A stretch of 64,000 bases of DNA from contig OZ024744.1 of NCBI GenBank assembly GCA_964016885.1, positions 127,782,001-127,846,000 of the forward strand, given 5' to 3'. The number at the start of each line of letters is the position of its first letter. Positions within the stretch are counted from its first letter, which is position 1. Below, piece by piece: positions 25,301 through 37,300 of this stretch. Source of the DNA: Eledone cirrhosa (Eukaryota). The position numbers and the translations under genes were made by a program. Under the pieces are notes generated by a model that was not told the origin of the DNA, did not search any database, and saw only the letters and a program-made list of their open reading frames with translations.

Positions 25301-28300
25301 AGTTAATTTGCGGTTAAGTTAGGTTGTGGGTTAAGTTAAGTTGGGGTTAAGTTAAGCTGGGGTTAAGTTGGGGTAAGTTAAGTTGGGGTTAAGTTAAGTT
25401 GGGGTTAAGTTAAGTTGGGGTTAAGTTAAGTTGGGGTTAAGTTAAGTTGGGGTTAAGTTAAGTTGGGGTTGAGTTAAGTTGGGGTTGAGTTAAGTTGGGG
25501 TTGAGTTAAGTTGGGGTTAAGTTAAGTTGGGGTTAAGTTAAGTTGGGGTTAAGTTAAGTTGGGGTTAAGTTAAGTTAGGGTCAATTTCAGTTGGGGTTAT
25601 GTTAAGTTGGGGTTAAGTTAAGTTGGGGTTAAGTTAAGTTGGGGGTAAGTTAAGTGGGGTGTAAGTTAAGTTGGGGTTAAGTTAAGTTGGGGTTCAGTTC
25701 AGTTGGGGTTAAGTTAAGTTGGGGTTAAGTTAAGCTGGGGGTAAGTTAAGTTGGGTGTAAGTTAAGTTGGGGTTAAGTTAAGTTGGGGTTAAGTTAAGTT
25801 GGGGGTTAGTTAAGTTGGGGGCAAGTTAAGTTGGGGTTAATTTAAGTTGGGGTTAAGTTAAGTTGGGGTTATGTTAAGTTGGGGTTAAGTTAAGTTGGCG
25901 TTAAGTTAAGTTGGGGGTAAGTTAAGTTGGGGTTAAGTTAAGTTGGGGGTAAGTTAAGTTGAGGGTAAGTTAAGTTGGGGTTAAGTTAAGTTGGGGTTAA
26001 ATTAAGATGGGGGTAAGTTAAGTTGGGGGTAAGTTAAGTTGGGGTTAAGTTAAGTTGGGGTTATGTTAAGTTGGGGTTAAGTTAAGTTGGGATTAAGTTA
26101 AGTTGGGGTTAAGTTAAGTTGGGGCTGAGTTAAGTTGGGGTTAAGTTAAGTTGGGGTTGAGTTAAGTTGGGGTTAAGTTAAGTTGGGATTAAGTTAAATT
26201 GGGGTTAAGTTAAGTTCGGCTTGAGTTAAGTTGGGGTTAAGTTAAGTTGGGGTTAATTTAAGTTGGGGTTAAGTTAAGTTGGGGTTAAGATAAGTTGGGG
26301 TTAAGTTAAGGTGGGGTTAAGTTAAGTTGGGGTTGAGTTAATTTGGGGTTAAGTTAAGTTGGGGTTAACTTAAGTTGGGGTTAAGTTGGGGTTAAGTTAA
26401 GTTGGGGTTAAGTTAAGTTGGGGGTAGGTTAAGTTGGGGGCAAGTTAAGTTGGGGTTAAGTTAAGTTGGGTTTAAGTTAAGTTGGGGCTAAGTTAAGTTG
26501 GGGCTGAGTTAAGTTGGGGTTAAGTTAAGTTGGGGTTGAGTTAAGTTGGGGTTATGTTAAGTTAGGGTTGAGTTAAGTTGGGGTTGAGTTAAGTTGGGGT
26601 TGAGTTAAGTTGGGGTTAAGTTAAGTTGGCGTTAAGTTAAGTTGGGGTTAAGTTAAGTTGGGGTTAAGTTAATTTGCGGTTAAGTTAGGTTGTGGGTTAA
26701 GTTAAGTCGGGGTTAAGTTAAGCTGGGGTTAAGTTGGGGTAAGTTAAGTTGGGGGTAAGTTAAGTTGGGGTTAAGTTAAGTTGGGGTTAAGTTCAGTTGG
26801 GGTTAAGTTAAGTTGGGGTTAAGTTAAGTTGGGGTTAAGTTAAGTTGGGGTTAAGTTAAGTTGGGGGTAAGTTAAGTTGGGGGCAAGTTAAGTTGGGGTT
26901 AAGTTGGGGCTAAGTTAAGTTGGGGCTGAGTTAATTTGGGGTTAAGTTAAGTTGGGGTTGAGTTAAGTTGGGGTTAAGTTAAGTTGGGGTTAAGTTTAAG
27001 TTGGGATTAAGTTAAGTTGGGGTTAAGTTAAGTTGGGATTAAGTTAAGTTGGGGTTAAGATAAGATGGGGTTAAGTTAAGTTGGGGTTAAGGTAAGTTGG
27101 GGTTGAGTTAATTTGGGGTTAAGTTAAGTTGGGGTTAACTTAAGTTGGGGTTAAGTTGGGGTTAAATTAAGTTGGGGTTAAGTTAAGTTGGGGGTAGGTT
27201 AAGTTGGGGGCAAGTTAAGTTGGGGTTAAGTTAAGTTGGGGTTAAGTTAAGTTGGGTTTAAGTTAAGTTGGGGCTAAGTTAAGTTGGGGCTAAGTTAAGT
27301 TGGGGTTGAGTTAAGTTGGGGTTATGTTAAGTTAGGGTTGAGTTAAGTTGGGGTTGAGTTAAGTTGGGGTTGAGTTAAGTTGGGGCTGAGTTAAGTTGGC
27401 GTTAAGTTAAGTTGGGGTTAAGTTAAGTTGGCGTTAAGTTAAGTTGGGGTTATGTTAAGTTGGGGTTAAGTTAATTTGCGGTTAAGTTAGGTTGTGGGTT
27501 AAGTTAAGTTGGGGTTAAGTTAAGCTGGGGTTAAGTTGGGGTAAGTTAAGTTGGGGGTAAGTTAAGTTGGGGTTAAGTTAAGTTGGGGTTAAGTTAAGTT
27601 GGGGTTAAGTTAAGTTGGGGTTAAGTTAAGTTGGGGTTGAGTTAAGTTGGGGTTGAGTTAAGTTGGGGTTAAGTTAAGTTGGGGTTAAGTTAAGCTGGGG
27701 TTAAGTTGGGGTAAGTTAAGTTGGGGGTAAGTTAAGTTGGGGTTAAGTTAAGTTGGGGTTAAGTTAAGTTGGGGTTAAGTTAAGTTGGGGTTAAGTTAAG
27801 CTGGGGTAAGTTAAGTTGGGGTTAAGTTAAGTTGGGGTTAAGTTAAGTTGGGGTTAAGTTAAGTTGGGGGTATGTTAAGTTGGGGTTAAGTTAAGTTGGG
27901 GTTAAGTTGGGGCTAAGTTAAGTTGGGGCTGAGTCAATTTGGGGTTAAGTTAAGTTGGGGTTGAGTTAAGTTGGGGTTAAGTTAAGTTGGGATTAAGTTA
28001 AGTTGGGGTTAAGTTAAGTTCGGCTTGAGTTAAGTTCGGCTTGAGTTAAGTTGGGGTTAAGTTAAGTTGGGGTTAATTTAAGTTGGGGTTAAGTTAAGTT
28101 GGGGTTAATTTCAGTTGGGGTTATGTTAAGTTGGGGTTAAGTTAAGTTGGGGTTAAGTTAAAGTTGGGGTTAAGTTAAGTTGGGGTAAAGTTAAGTTAGG
28201 GTTAAGTTAAGTTGGGGTTAAGTTAAGTTGGGGTTAAATTAAGTTGGGGTTAAGTTAAGTTGGGGTTAAGTTAAGTTGGGGTTAAATTAAGTTGGGGTTC

Positions 28301-31300
28301 AGTTAAGTTGGGGTTAAATTAAGTTGGGGTTAAGTTAAGTTGGGGTTAGTTAAGTTGGGGTTAAGTTAAGTTGGGGTTAAGTTAAGTTGGGGTTAAGTTA
28401 AGTTGGAGTTAAGTTAAGTTGGGGTTAATTTAAGTTGTGGTTAAGTTAAGTTGGGGTTAAGTTAAGTTGGAGTTAAGTCAAGTTGGGGTTAAGTCAAGTT
28501 GGGGTTAAGTCAAGTTGGGGTTAAGTTAAGTTGGGGTTAAGTTAAGTTGGGGTTAAGTTAAGTTGGGGGTAAGTTAAGTTGGGTGTAAGTTAAGTTGGGG
28601 TTAAGTTAAGTTGGGGTTCAGTTCAGTTGGGGTTAAGTTAAGTTGGGGTTAAGTTAAGCTGGGGGTAAGTTAAGTTGGGTGTAAGTTAAGTTGGGGTTAA
28701 GTTAAGTTGGGGTTAATTTAAGTTGGGGTTAAATTAAGTTGGGGTTAAGTTAAGTTGGGGTTATGTTAAGTTGGGGTTAAGTTAAGTTGGGGTTAAGTTA
28801 AGTTGGAGTTAAGTTAAGTTGGGGTTAAGCTAAGTTGGGGTTCAGTTAAGTTGGGGTTAAGTTAATTTGCGGTTAAGTTAAGTTGTGGGTAAGTTAAGTT
28901 GGGGTAAGTTAAGTTGGGGGTAAGTTAAGTTGGGGTTAAGTTAAGTTGGGGTTAAATTAAGTTGGGGTTAAGTTAAGTTGGGGTTAAGTTAAGTTGGGGT
29001 TAAGTTAAGTTGGGGGTAAGTTAAGTTGGGGCTAAGTTAAGTTGGGACTGAGTTAAGTTGGGGTTAAGTTAAGTTGGGGTTGATTTAAGTTGGGGTTAAG
29101 TTAAGTTGGGATTAAGTTAAGTTGGGGTTAAGTTAAGTTCGGCTTGAGTTAAGTTGGGGTTAAGTTAAGTTGGGGTTAATTTAAGTTGGGGTTAAGTTAA
29201 GTTGGGGTTAAGATAAGTTGGGGTTAAGTTAAGTTGGGGTTAAGTTAAGTTGGGGTTGAGTTAATTTGGGGTTAAGTTAATTTGGGGTTAACTTAAGTTG
29301 GGGTTAAGTTGGGGTTAAGTTAAGTTGGGGGTAGGTTAAGTTGGGGGCAAGTTAAGTTGGGGTTAAGTTAAGTTGGGTTTAAGTTAAGTTGGGGCTAAGT
29401 TAAGTTGGGGCTAAGTTAAGTTGGGGCTGAGTTAAGTTGGGGGTAAGTTAAGTTGGGTGTAAGTTAAGTTGGGGTTAAGTTAAGTTGGGGTTCAGTTCAG
29501 TTGGGGTTAAGTTAAGTTGGGGTTAAGTTAAGTTGGGGTTAAGTTGGGGTTAAGTTAAGTTGGGGTTGAGTTAAGTTGGGGTTGAGTTAAGTTGGGGTTA
29601 AGTTAAGTTGGGGTTAAGTTAAGTTGGGGTTAAGTTAAGTTGGGGTTAAGTTAAGTTGGGGGTAAGTTAAGTTGGGGGCAAGTTAAGTTGGGGTTAAGTT
29701 AAGTTGGGGTTAAGTTAAGTTGGGGTTAAGTTAAGTTGGGGTTAAGTTAAGTTAGGGTTAATTTCAGTTGGGGTTATGTTAAGTTGGGGGTTAAGTTAAG
29801 TTGGGGTTAAGTTAAAGTTGGGGTTAAGTTAAGTTGGGGTAAAGTTAAGTTAGGGTTAAGTTAAGTTGGGGTTAAGTTAAGTTGGGGTTAAATTAAGTTG
29901 GGGTTAAGTTAAGTTGGGGTTAAGTTAAGTTGGGGTTAAATTAAGTTGGGGTTCAGTTAAGTTGGGGTTAAATTAAGTTGGGGTTAAGTTAAGTTGGGGT
30001 TGAGTTAAATTGGGGTTAAGTTAAGGTGGGGGTAAGTTAAGTTGGGGTTGAGTTAATTTGGGGTTAAGTTAAGTTGGGGTTAACTTAAGTTGGGGTTAAG
30101 TTGGGGTTGAGTTAATTTGTGTTTAAGTTAAGTTGGGCTTAACTTAAGTTGGGGTTAAGTTAAGTTGGGGTTAAGTTAAGTTGGAGTTAAGGTAAGTTGG
30201 GGTTAAGTTAAGTTGGAGCTAAGTTAAGTTGGGGCTAAGTTAAGTTGGGGCTGAGTTAAGTTGGGGTTAAGTTGGGGTTGAGTTAAGTTGGGGTTAAGTT
30301 AAGTTGGGATTAAGTTAAGTTGGGGTTAAGTTAAGTTGGGGTTAAGATAAGTTGGGGTTAAGTTAAGTTGGGGTTAAGTTAAGTTGGGGTTGAGTTAATT
30401 TGGGGTTAAGTTAAGTTGGGGTTAACTTAAGTTGGGGTTAAGTTAAGTTGGGGTTAAGTTAAGTTGGGGGTAAGTTAAGTTGGGGGCAAGTTGAGTTGGG
30501 GTTGAGTTAAATTGGGGTTAAGTTAAGGTGGGGGTAAGTTAAGTTGGGGGTAAGTTAAGTTGGGGTTAAGTTAAGTTGGGGGTAAATTAAGTTGGGGTTA
30601 AGTTAAGTTGGGTTTAAGTTAAGTTGGGGCTAAGTTAAGTTGGGTCTAAGTTAAGTTGGGGCTGAGTTAAGTTGGGGTTAAGTTAAGTTGGGGTTGAGTT
30701 AAGTTGGGGTTAACTTAAGTTGGGGTTAAGTTGGGGTTAAGTTAAGCTGGGGTTAAGTTAAGTTGGGGGTAAGTTAAGTTGGGGGTAAGTTAAGTTGGGG
30801 TTAAGTTAAGTTGGGGTTAAATTAAGTTGAGGTTAAGTTAAGTTGGGGTTAAGTTAAGTTGGGGTTAAGTTAAGTTGGGGGTAAGATAAGTTGGGGCTAA
30901 GTTAAGTTGGGGCTAAGTCAAGTTGGGGTTAAGTCAAGTTGAGGTTAACTTAAGTTGGGGTTAAGTTAAGTTGGGGTTAAGTTAAGTTGGGGTTAAGGTA
31001 AGTTGGGGTTGTGTTAAGTTGGGACTAAGTTAAGTTGGGGCTAAGTTAAGTTGGGGCTGAGTTAAGTTGGGGTTAAGTTAAGTTGGGGTTGAGTTAAGTT
31101 GGGGTTAAGTTAAGTTGGGATTAATTTAATTTGGGGTTAATTTAAGTTGGGGTTAAGATAAGTTGGGGTTAAGTTAAGTTGGGGTTAAGTTAAGTTGGGG
31201 TTGAGTTAATTTGGGGTTAAGTTAAGTTGGGGTTAACTTAAGTTGGGGTTAAGTTGGGGTTAAGTTAAGTTGAGGTTAAGTTAAGTTGGGGGTAGGTTAA

Positions 31301-34300
31301 ATTGGGGGCAAGTTAAGTTGGGGTTAAGTTAAGTTGGGGTTAAGTTAAGTTGGGGGTAAGTTAAGTTGGGGTTAAGTTAAGTTGGGGCTAAGTTAAGTTG
31401 GGGCTGAGTTAAGCTGGGGTTAAGTTAAGTTCGGGTTGAGTTAAGTTGGGGTTATGTTAAGTTAGGGTTGAGTTAAGTTGGGGTTGAGTTAAGTTGGGGT
31501 TGAGTTAAGTTGGGGTTAAGTTACATTGGCGTTAAGTTAAGTTGGGGTTAAGTTAAGTTGGGGTTAAGTTAATTTGCGGTTAAGTTAGGTTGTGGGTTAA
31601 GTTAAGTTGGGTTTAAGTTAAGCTGGGGTTAAGTTGGGGTAAGTTAAGTTGGGGGTAAGTTAAGTTGGGGTTAAGTTAAGTTGGGGTTAATTTAAGTTGG
31701 GGTTAAGTTAAGTTGTGGTTAAGTTAAGTTGGGGTTGAGTTAAGTTGGGGTTGAGTTAAGTTGGGGTTAAGTTAAGTTGGGGTTAAGTTAAGTTGGGGTT
31801 AAGTTAAGTTGGGGTTAAGTTAAGTTGGGGGTAAGTTAAGTTGGGGGCAAGTTAAGTTGGGGTTAAGTTAAGTTGGGGTTAAGTTAAGTTAGGTTTAATT
31901 TCAGTTGGGGTTATGTTAAGTTGGGGTTAAGTTAAGTTGGGGTTAAGTTAAGTTGGGGGTAAGTTAAGTTGGGTGTAAGTTAAGTTGGGGTTAAGTTAAG
32001 TTGGGGTTCAGTTCAGTTGGGGTTAAGTTAAGTTGGGGTTAAGTTAAGCTGGGGGTAAGTTAAGTTCGGTGTAAGTTAAGTTGGGGTTAAGTTAAGTTGG
32101 GGTTTAGTTAAGTTGGGTGTTATTTAAGTTGGGGGCAAGTTAAGTTGGGGTTAATTTAAGTTGGGGTTAAGTTAAGTTGGGGTTATGTTAAGTTGGGGTT
32201 AAGTTAAGTTGGGGTTAAGTTAAGTTGGGGGTAAGTTAAGTTGGGGTTAAGTTAAGTTGGGGGTAAGTTAAGTTGAGGGTAAGTTAAGTTGGGATTAAGT
32301 TAAGTTGGGGTTAAATTAAGATGGGGGTAAGTTAAGTTGGGGTTAAATTAAGTTGAGGTTAAGTTAAGTTGGGGTTAAGTTAAATTGGGGTTAATTTAAG
32401 TTGGGGGTAAGATAAGTTGGGGCTAAGTTAAGTTGGGGCTAAGTCAAGTTGGGGTTAAGTCAAGTTGAGGTTAACTTAAGTTGGGGTTATGTTAAGTTGG
32501 GGTTAAGTTGGGGCTAAGTTAAGTTGGGGCTGAGTTAAGTTGGAGTTAAGTTAAGTTGGGGTTGAGTTAAGTTGGGGTTAAGTTAAGTTGGGATTAAGTT
32601 AAGTTGGGGTTAAGTTAAGTTCGGCTTGAGTTAAGTTGGGGATAAGTTAAGTTGGGGTTAATTTAAGTTGGGGTTAAGTGAAGTTGGGGTTAAGATAAGT
32701 TGGGGTTAACTTAAGTTGGGGTTAAGTTGGGGTTAAGTTAAGTTGGGGTTAAGTTAAGTTGGGGGTAGGTTAAGTTGGGGGCAAGTTAAGTTGGGGTTAA
32801 GTTAAGTTGGGGTTAAGTTGGGTTTAAGTTAAGTTGGGGCTAAGTTAAGTTGGGGCTAAGTTAAGTTGGGGCTGAGTTAAGTTGGGGTTAAGTTAAGTTG
32901 GGGTTGAGTTAAGTTGGGGTTATGTTAAGTTAGGGTTGAGTTAAGTTGGGGTTGAGTTAAGTTGGGGTTGAGTTAAGTTGGGGTTAAGTTAAGTTGGCGT
33001 TAAGTTAAGTTGGGGTTAAGTTAAGTTGGGGTTAAGTTAAGTTGGGGGTAAGTTAAGTTGGGGGCAAGTTAAGTTGGGGTTAAGTTAAGTTGGGGTTAAG
33101 TTAAGTTGGGGTTAAGTTAAGTTAGGGTTAATTTCAGTTGGGGTTATGTTAAGTTGGGGTTAAGTTAAGTTGGGGTTAAGTTAAGTTGGGGGTAAGTTAA
33201 GTGGGGTGTAAGTTAAGTTGGGGTTAAGTTAAGTTGGGGTTCAGTTCAGTTGGGGTTAAGTTAAGTTGGGGTTAAGTTAAGCTGGGGGTAAGTTAAGTTG
33301 GGTGTAAGTTAAGTTGGGGTTAAGTTAAGTTGGGGGTTAAGTTAAGTTGGGGGTTAGTTAAGTTGGGGGCAAGTTAAGTTGGGGTTAATTTAAGTTGGGG
33401 TTAAGTTAAGTTGGGGTTATGTTAAGTTGGGGTAAAGTTAAGTTGGGGTTAAGTTAAGTTGGGGGTAAGTTAAGTTGGGGTTAAGTTAAGTTGGGGGGAA
33501 GTTAAGTTGAGGGTAAGTTAAGTTGGGGTTAAGTTAAGTTGGGGTTAAATTAAGATGGGGGTAAGTTAAGTTGGGGGTAAGTTAAGTTGGGGTTAAGTTA
33601 AGTTGGGGTTAAATTAAGTTGAGGTTAAGTTAAATTGGGGTTATTTTAAGTTGGGGGTAAGATAAGTTGGGGCTAAGTTAAGTTGGGGCTAAGTCAAGTT
33701 GGGGTTAAGTCAAGTTGAGGTTAACTTAAGTTGGGGTTATGTTAAGTTGGGGTTAAGTTGGGGCTAAGTTAAGTTGGGGCTGAGTTAAGTTGGGGTTAAG
33801 TTAAGTTGGGGTTGAGTTAAGTTGGGGTTAAGTTAAGTTGGGATTAAGTTAAGTTGGGGTTAAGTTAAGTTCGGCTTGAGTTAAGTTGGGGTTAAGTTAA
33901 GTTTGGGTTAATTTAAGTTGGGGTTAAGTTAAGTTGGGGTTAAGATAAGTTGGGGTTAAGTTAAGTTGGGGTTAAGTTAAGTTGGGGTTGAGTTAATTTG
34001 GGGTTAAGTTAAGTTGGGGTTAACTTAAGTTGGGGTTAAGTTGGGGTTAAGTTAAGTTGGGGTTAAGTTAAGTTGGGGCTAGGTTAAGTTGGGGGCAAGT
34101 TAAGTTGGGGTTAAGTTAAGTTGGGGTTAAGTTAAGTTGGGTTTAAGTTAAGTTGGGGCTAAGTTAAGTTGGGCCTAAGTTAAGTTGGGGCTGAGTTAAG
34201 TTGGGGTTAAGTTAAGTTGGGGTTGAGTTAAGTTGGGGTTATGTTAAGTTAGGGTTGAGTTAAGTTGGGGTTGAGTTAAGTTGGGGTTGAGTTAAGTTGG

Positions 34301-37300
34301 GGTTAAGTTAAGTTGGCGTTAAGTTAAGTTGGGGTTAAGTTAAGTTGGGGTTAAGTTAATTTGCGGTTAAGTTAGGTTGTGGCTTAAGTTAAGTTGGGGT
34401 TAAGTTAAGCTGGGGTTAAGTTGGGGTAAGTTAAGTTGGGGGTAAGTTAAGTTGGGGTTAAGTTAAGTTGGGGTTAAGTTAAGTTGGGGTTAATTTAAGT
34501 TGGGGTTAAGTTAAGTTGGGGTTAAGATAAGTTGGGGTTAAGTTAAGTTTGGGTTAAGTTAAGTTGGGGTTGAGTTAATTTGGGGTTAAGTTAAGTTGGG
34601 GTTAACTTAAGTTGGGGTTAAGTTGGGGTTAAGTTAAGTTGAGGTTAAGTTAAGTTGGGGGTAGGTTAAATTGGGGGCAAGTTAAGTTGGGGTTAAGTTC
34701 AGTTGGGGTTAAGTTAAGTTGGGGGTAAGTTAAGTTGGGGTTAAGTTAAGTTGGGGCTAAGTTAAGTTGGGGCTGAGTTAAGTTGGGGTTAAGTTAAGTT
34801 GGGGTTGAGTTAAGTTGGGGTTATGTTAAGTTAGGGTTGAGTTAAGTTGGGGTTGAGTTAAGTTGGGGTTGAGTTAAGTTGGGGTTAAGTTACGTTGGCG
34901 TTAAGTTAAGTTGGGGTTAAGTTAAGTAGGGGTTAAGTTAATTTGCGGTTAAGTTAGGTTGTGGGTTAAGTTAAGTTGGGGTTAAGTTAAGCTGGGGTTA
35001 AGTTGGGGTAAGTTAAGTTGGGGGTAAGTTAAGTTGGAGTTAAGTTAAGTTGGGGTTAAGTTAAGTTGGGGTTAAGTTAAGTTGGGGTTAAGTTAAGTTG
35101 GGGTTGAATTAAGTTGGGGGCAAGTTAAGTTGGGGTTAAGTTAAGTTGGGGTTAAGTTAAGTTGGGGTTAAGTTAAGTTAGGGTTAATTTCAGTTGGGGT
35201 TATGTTAAGTTGGGGTTAAGTTAAGTTGGGGTTAAGTTAAGTTGGGGGTAAGTTAAGTGGGGTGTAAGTTAAGTTGGGGTTAAGTTAAGTTGGGGTTCAG
35301 TTCAGTTGGGGTTAAGTTAAGTTGGGGTTAAGTTAAGCTGGGGGTAAGTTAAGTTGGGTGTAAGTTAAGTTGGGGTTCAGTTAAGTTGGGGTTAAGTTAA
35401 GTTGGGGGTTAGTTAAGTTGGGGTTAAGTTAAGTTGGGGTTATGTTAAGTTGGGGTTAAGTTAAGTTGGGGTTAAGTTAAGTTGGGGGTAAGTTAAGTTG
35501 GGGTTAAGTTAAGTTGGGGGTAAGTTAAGTTGAGGGTAAGTTAAGTTGGGGTTAAGTTAAGTTGGGGTTAAATTAAGATGGGGGTACGTTAAGTTGGGGG
35601 TAAGTTAAGTTGGGGTTAAGTTAAGTTGGGGTTAAATTAAGTTGAGGTTAAGTTAAGTTGGGGTTAAGTTAAATTGGGGTTAATTTAAGTTGGGGGTAAG
35701 ATAAGTTGGGGCTAAGTTAAGTTGGGGCTAAGTCAAGTTGGGGTTAAGTCAAGTTGAGGTTAACTTAAGTTGGGGTTATGTTGGGGCTAAGTTAAGTTGG
35801 GGCTGAGTTAAGTTGGGGTTAAGTTAAGTTGGGGTTGATTTAAGTTGGGGTTAAGTTAAGTTGGGATTAAGTTAAGTTGGGGTTAATTTAAGTTGGGGTT
35901 AAGTTAAGTTGGGGTTAAGATAAGTTGGGGTTAAGTTAAGTTGGGGTTAAGTTAAGTTGGGGTTGAGTTAATTTGGGGTTAAGTTAAGTTGGGGTTAACT
36001 TAAGTTGGGGTTAAGTTGGGGTTAAGTTAAGTTGGGGTTAAGTTAAGTTGGGGGTAGGTTAAGTTGGGGGCAAGTTAAGTTGGGGTTAAGTTAAGTTGGG
36101 GTTAAGTTAAGTTGGGTTTAAGTTAAGTTGGGGCTAAGTTAAGTTGGGGCTAAGTTAAGTTGGGGCTGAGTTAAGTTGGGGTTAAGTTAAGTTGGGGTTG
36201 AGTTAAGTTGGGGTTATGTTAAGTTAGGGTTGAGTTAAGTTGGGGTTGAGTTAAGTTGGGGTTGAGTTAAGTTGGGGTTAAGTTAAGTTGGCGTTAAGTT
36301 AAGTTGGGGTTAAGTTAAGTTGGGGTTAAGTTAAGTTGGGGTTAAGTTAAGTTGGGGTTAAGTTAAGTTGGGGGTAAGTTAAGTTGGGGTTAAGTTAATT
36401 TGCGGTTAAGTTAGGTTGTGGGTTAAGTTAAGTTGGGGTTAAGTTAAGCTAGGGTTAAGTTGGGGTTAAGTTAGGTTGTGGGTTAAGTTAAGTTGGGGTT
36501 AAGTTAAGCTGGGGTTAAGTTGGGGTAAGTTAAGTTGGGGTAAGTTAAGTTGGGGTTAAGTTAAGTTGGGGTTAAGTTAAGTTGGGGTTAAGTTAAGTTG
36601 GGGTTAAGTTAAGTTGGGGTTGAGTTAAGTTGGGGTTGAGTTAAGTTGGGGTTAAGTTAAGTTGGGGTTAAGTTAAGTTGGGGTTAAGTTAAGTTGGGGT
36701 TAAGTTAAGTTGGGGGTAAGTTAAGTTGGGGTTAAGTTAATTTGCGGTTAAGTTAGGTTGTGGGTTAAGTTAAGTTGGGGTTAAGTTAAGCTAGGGTTAA
36801 GTTGGGGTAAGTTAAGTTGGGGTTAAGTTAAGTTGGGGTTAAGTTAAGTTGGGGTTAAGTTAAGTTGGGGGTAAGTTAAGTTGGGGGCAAGTTAAGTTGG
36901 GGTTAAGTTAAGTTGGGGTTAAGTTGGGGCTAAGTTAAGTTGGGGCTGAGTTAATTTGGGGTTAAGTTAAGTTGGGGTTGAGTTAAGTTGGGGTTAAGTT
37001 AAGTTGGGATTAAGTTAAGTTGGGGTTAAGTTAAGTTCGGCTTGAGTTAAGTTCGGCTTGAGTTAAGTTGGGGTTAAGTTAAGTTGGGGTTAATTTAAGT
37101 TGGGGTTAAGTTAAGTTGGGGTTAAGTTAAGTTGGGGTTAAGTTAAGTTGGGTTTAAGTTAAGTTGGGGCTAAGTTAAGTTGGGGCTAAGTTAAGTTGGG
37201 GCTGAGTTAAGTTGGGGTTAAGTTAAGTTGGGGTTGAGTTAAGTTGGGGTTATGTTAAGTTAGGGTTGAGTTAAGTTGGGGTTGAGTTAAGTTGGGGTTG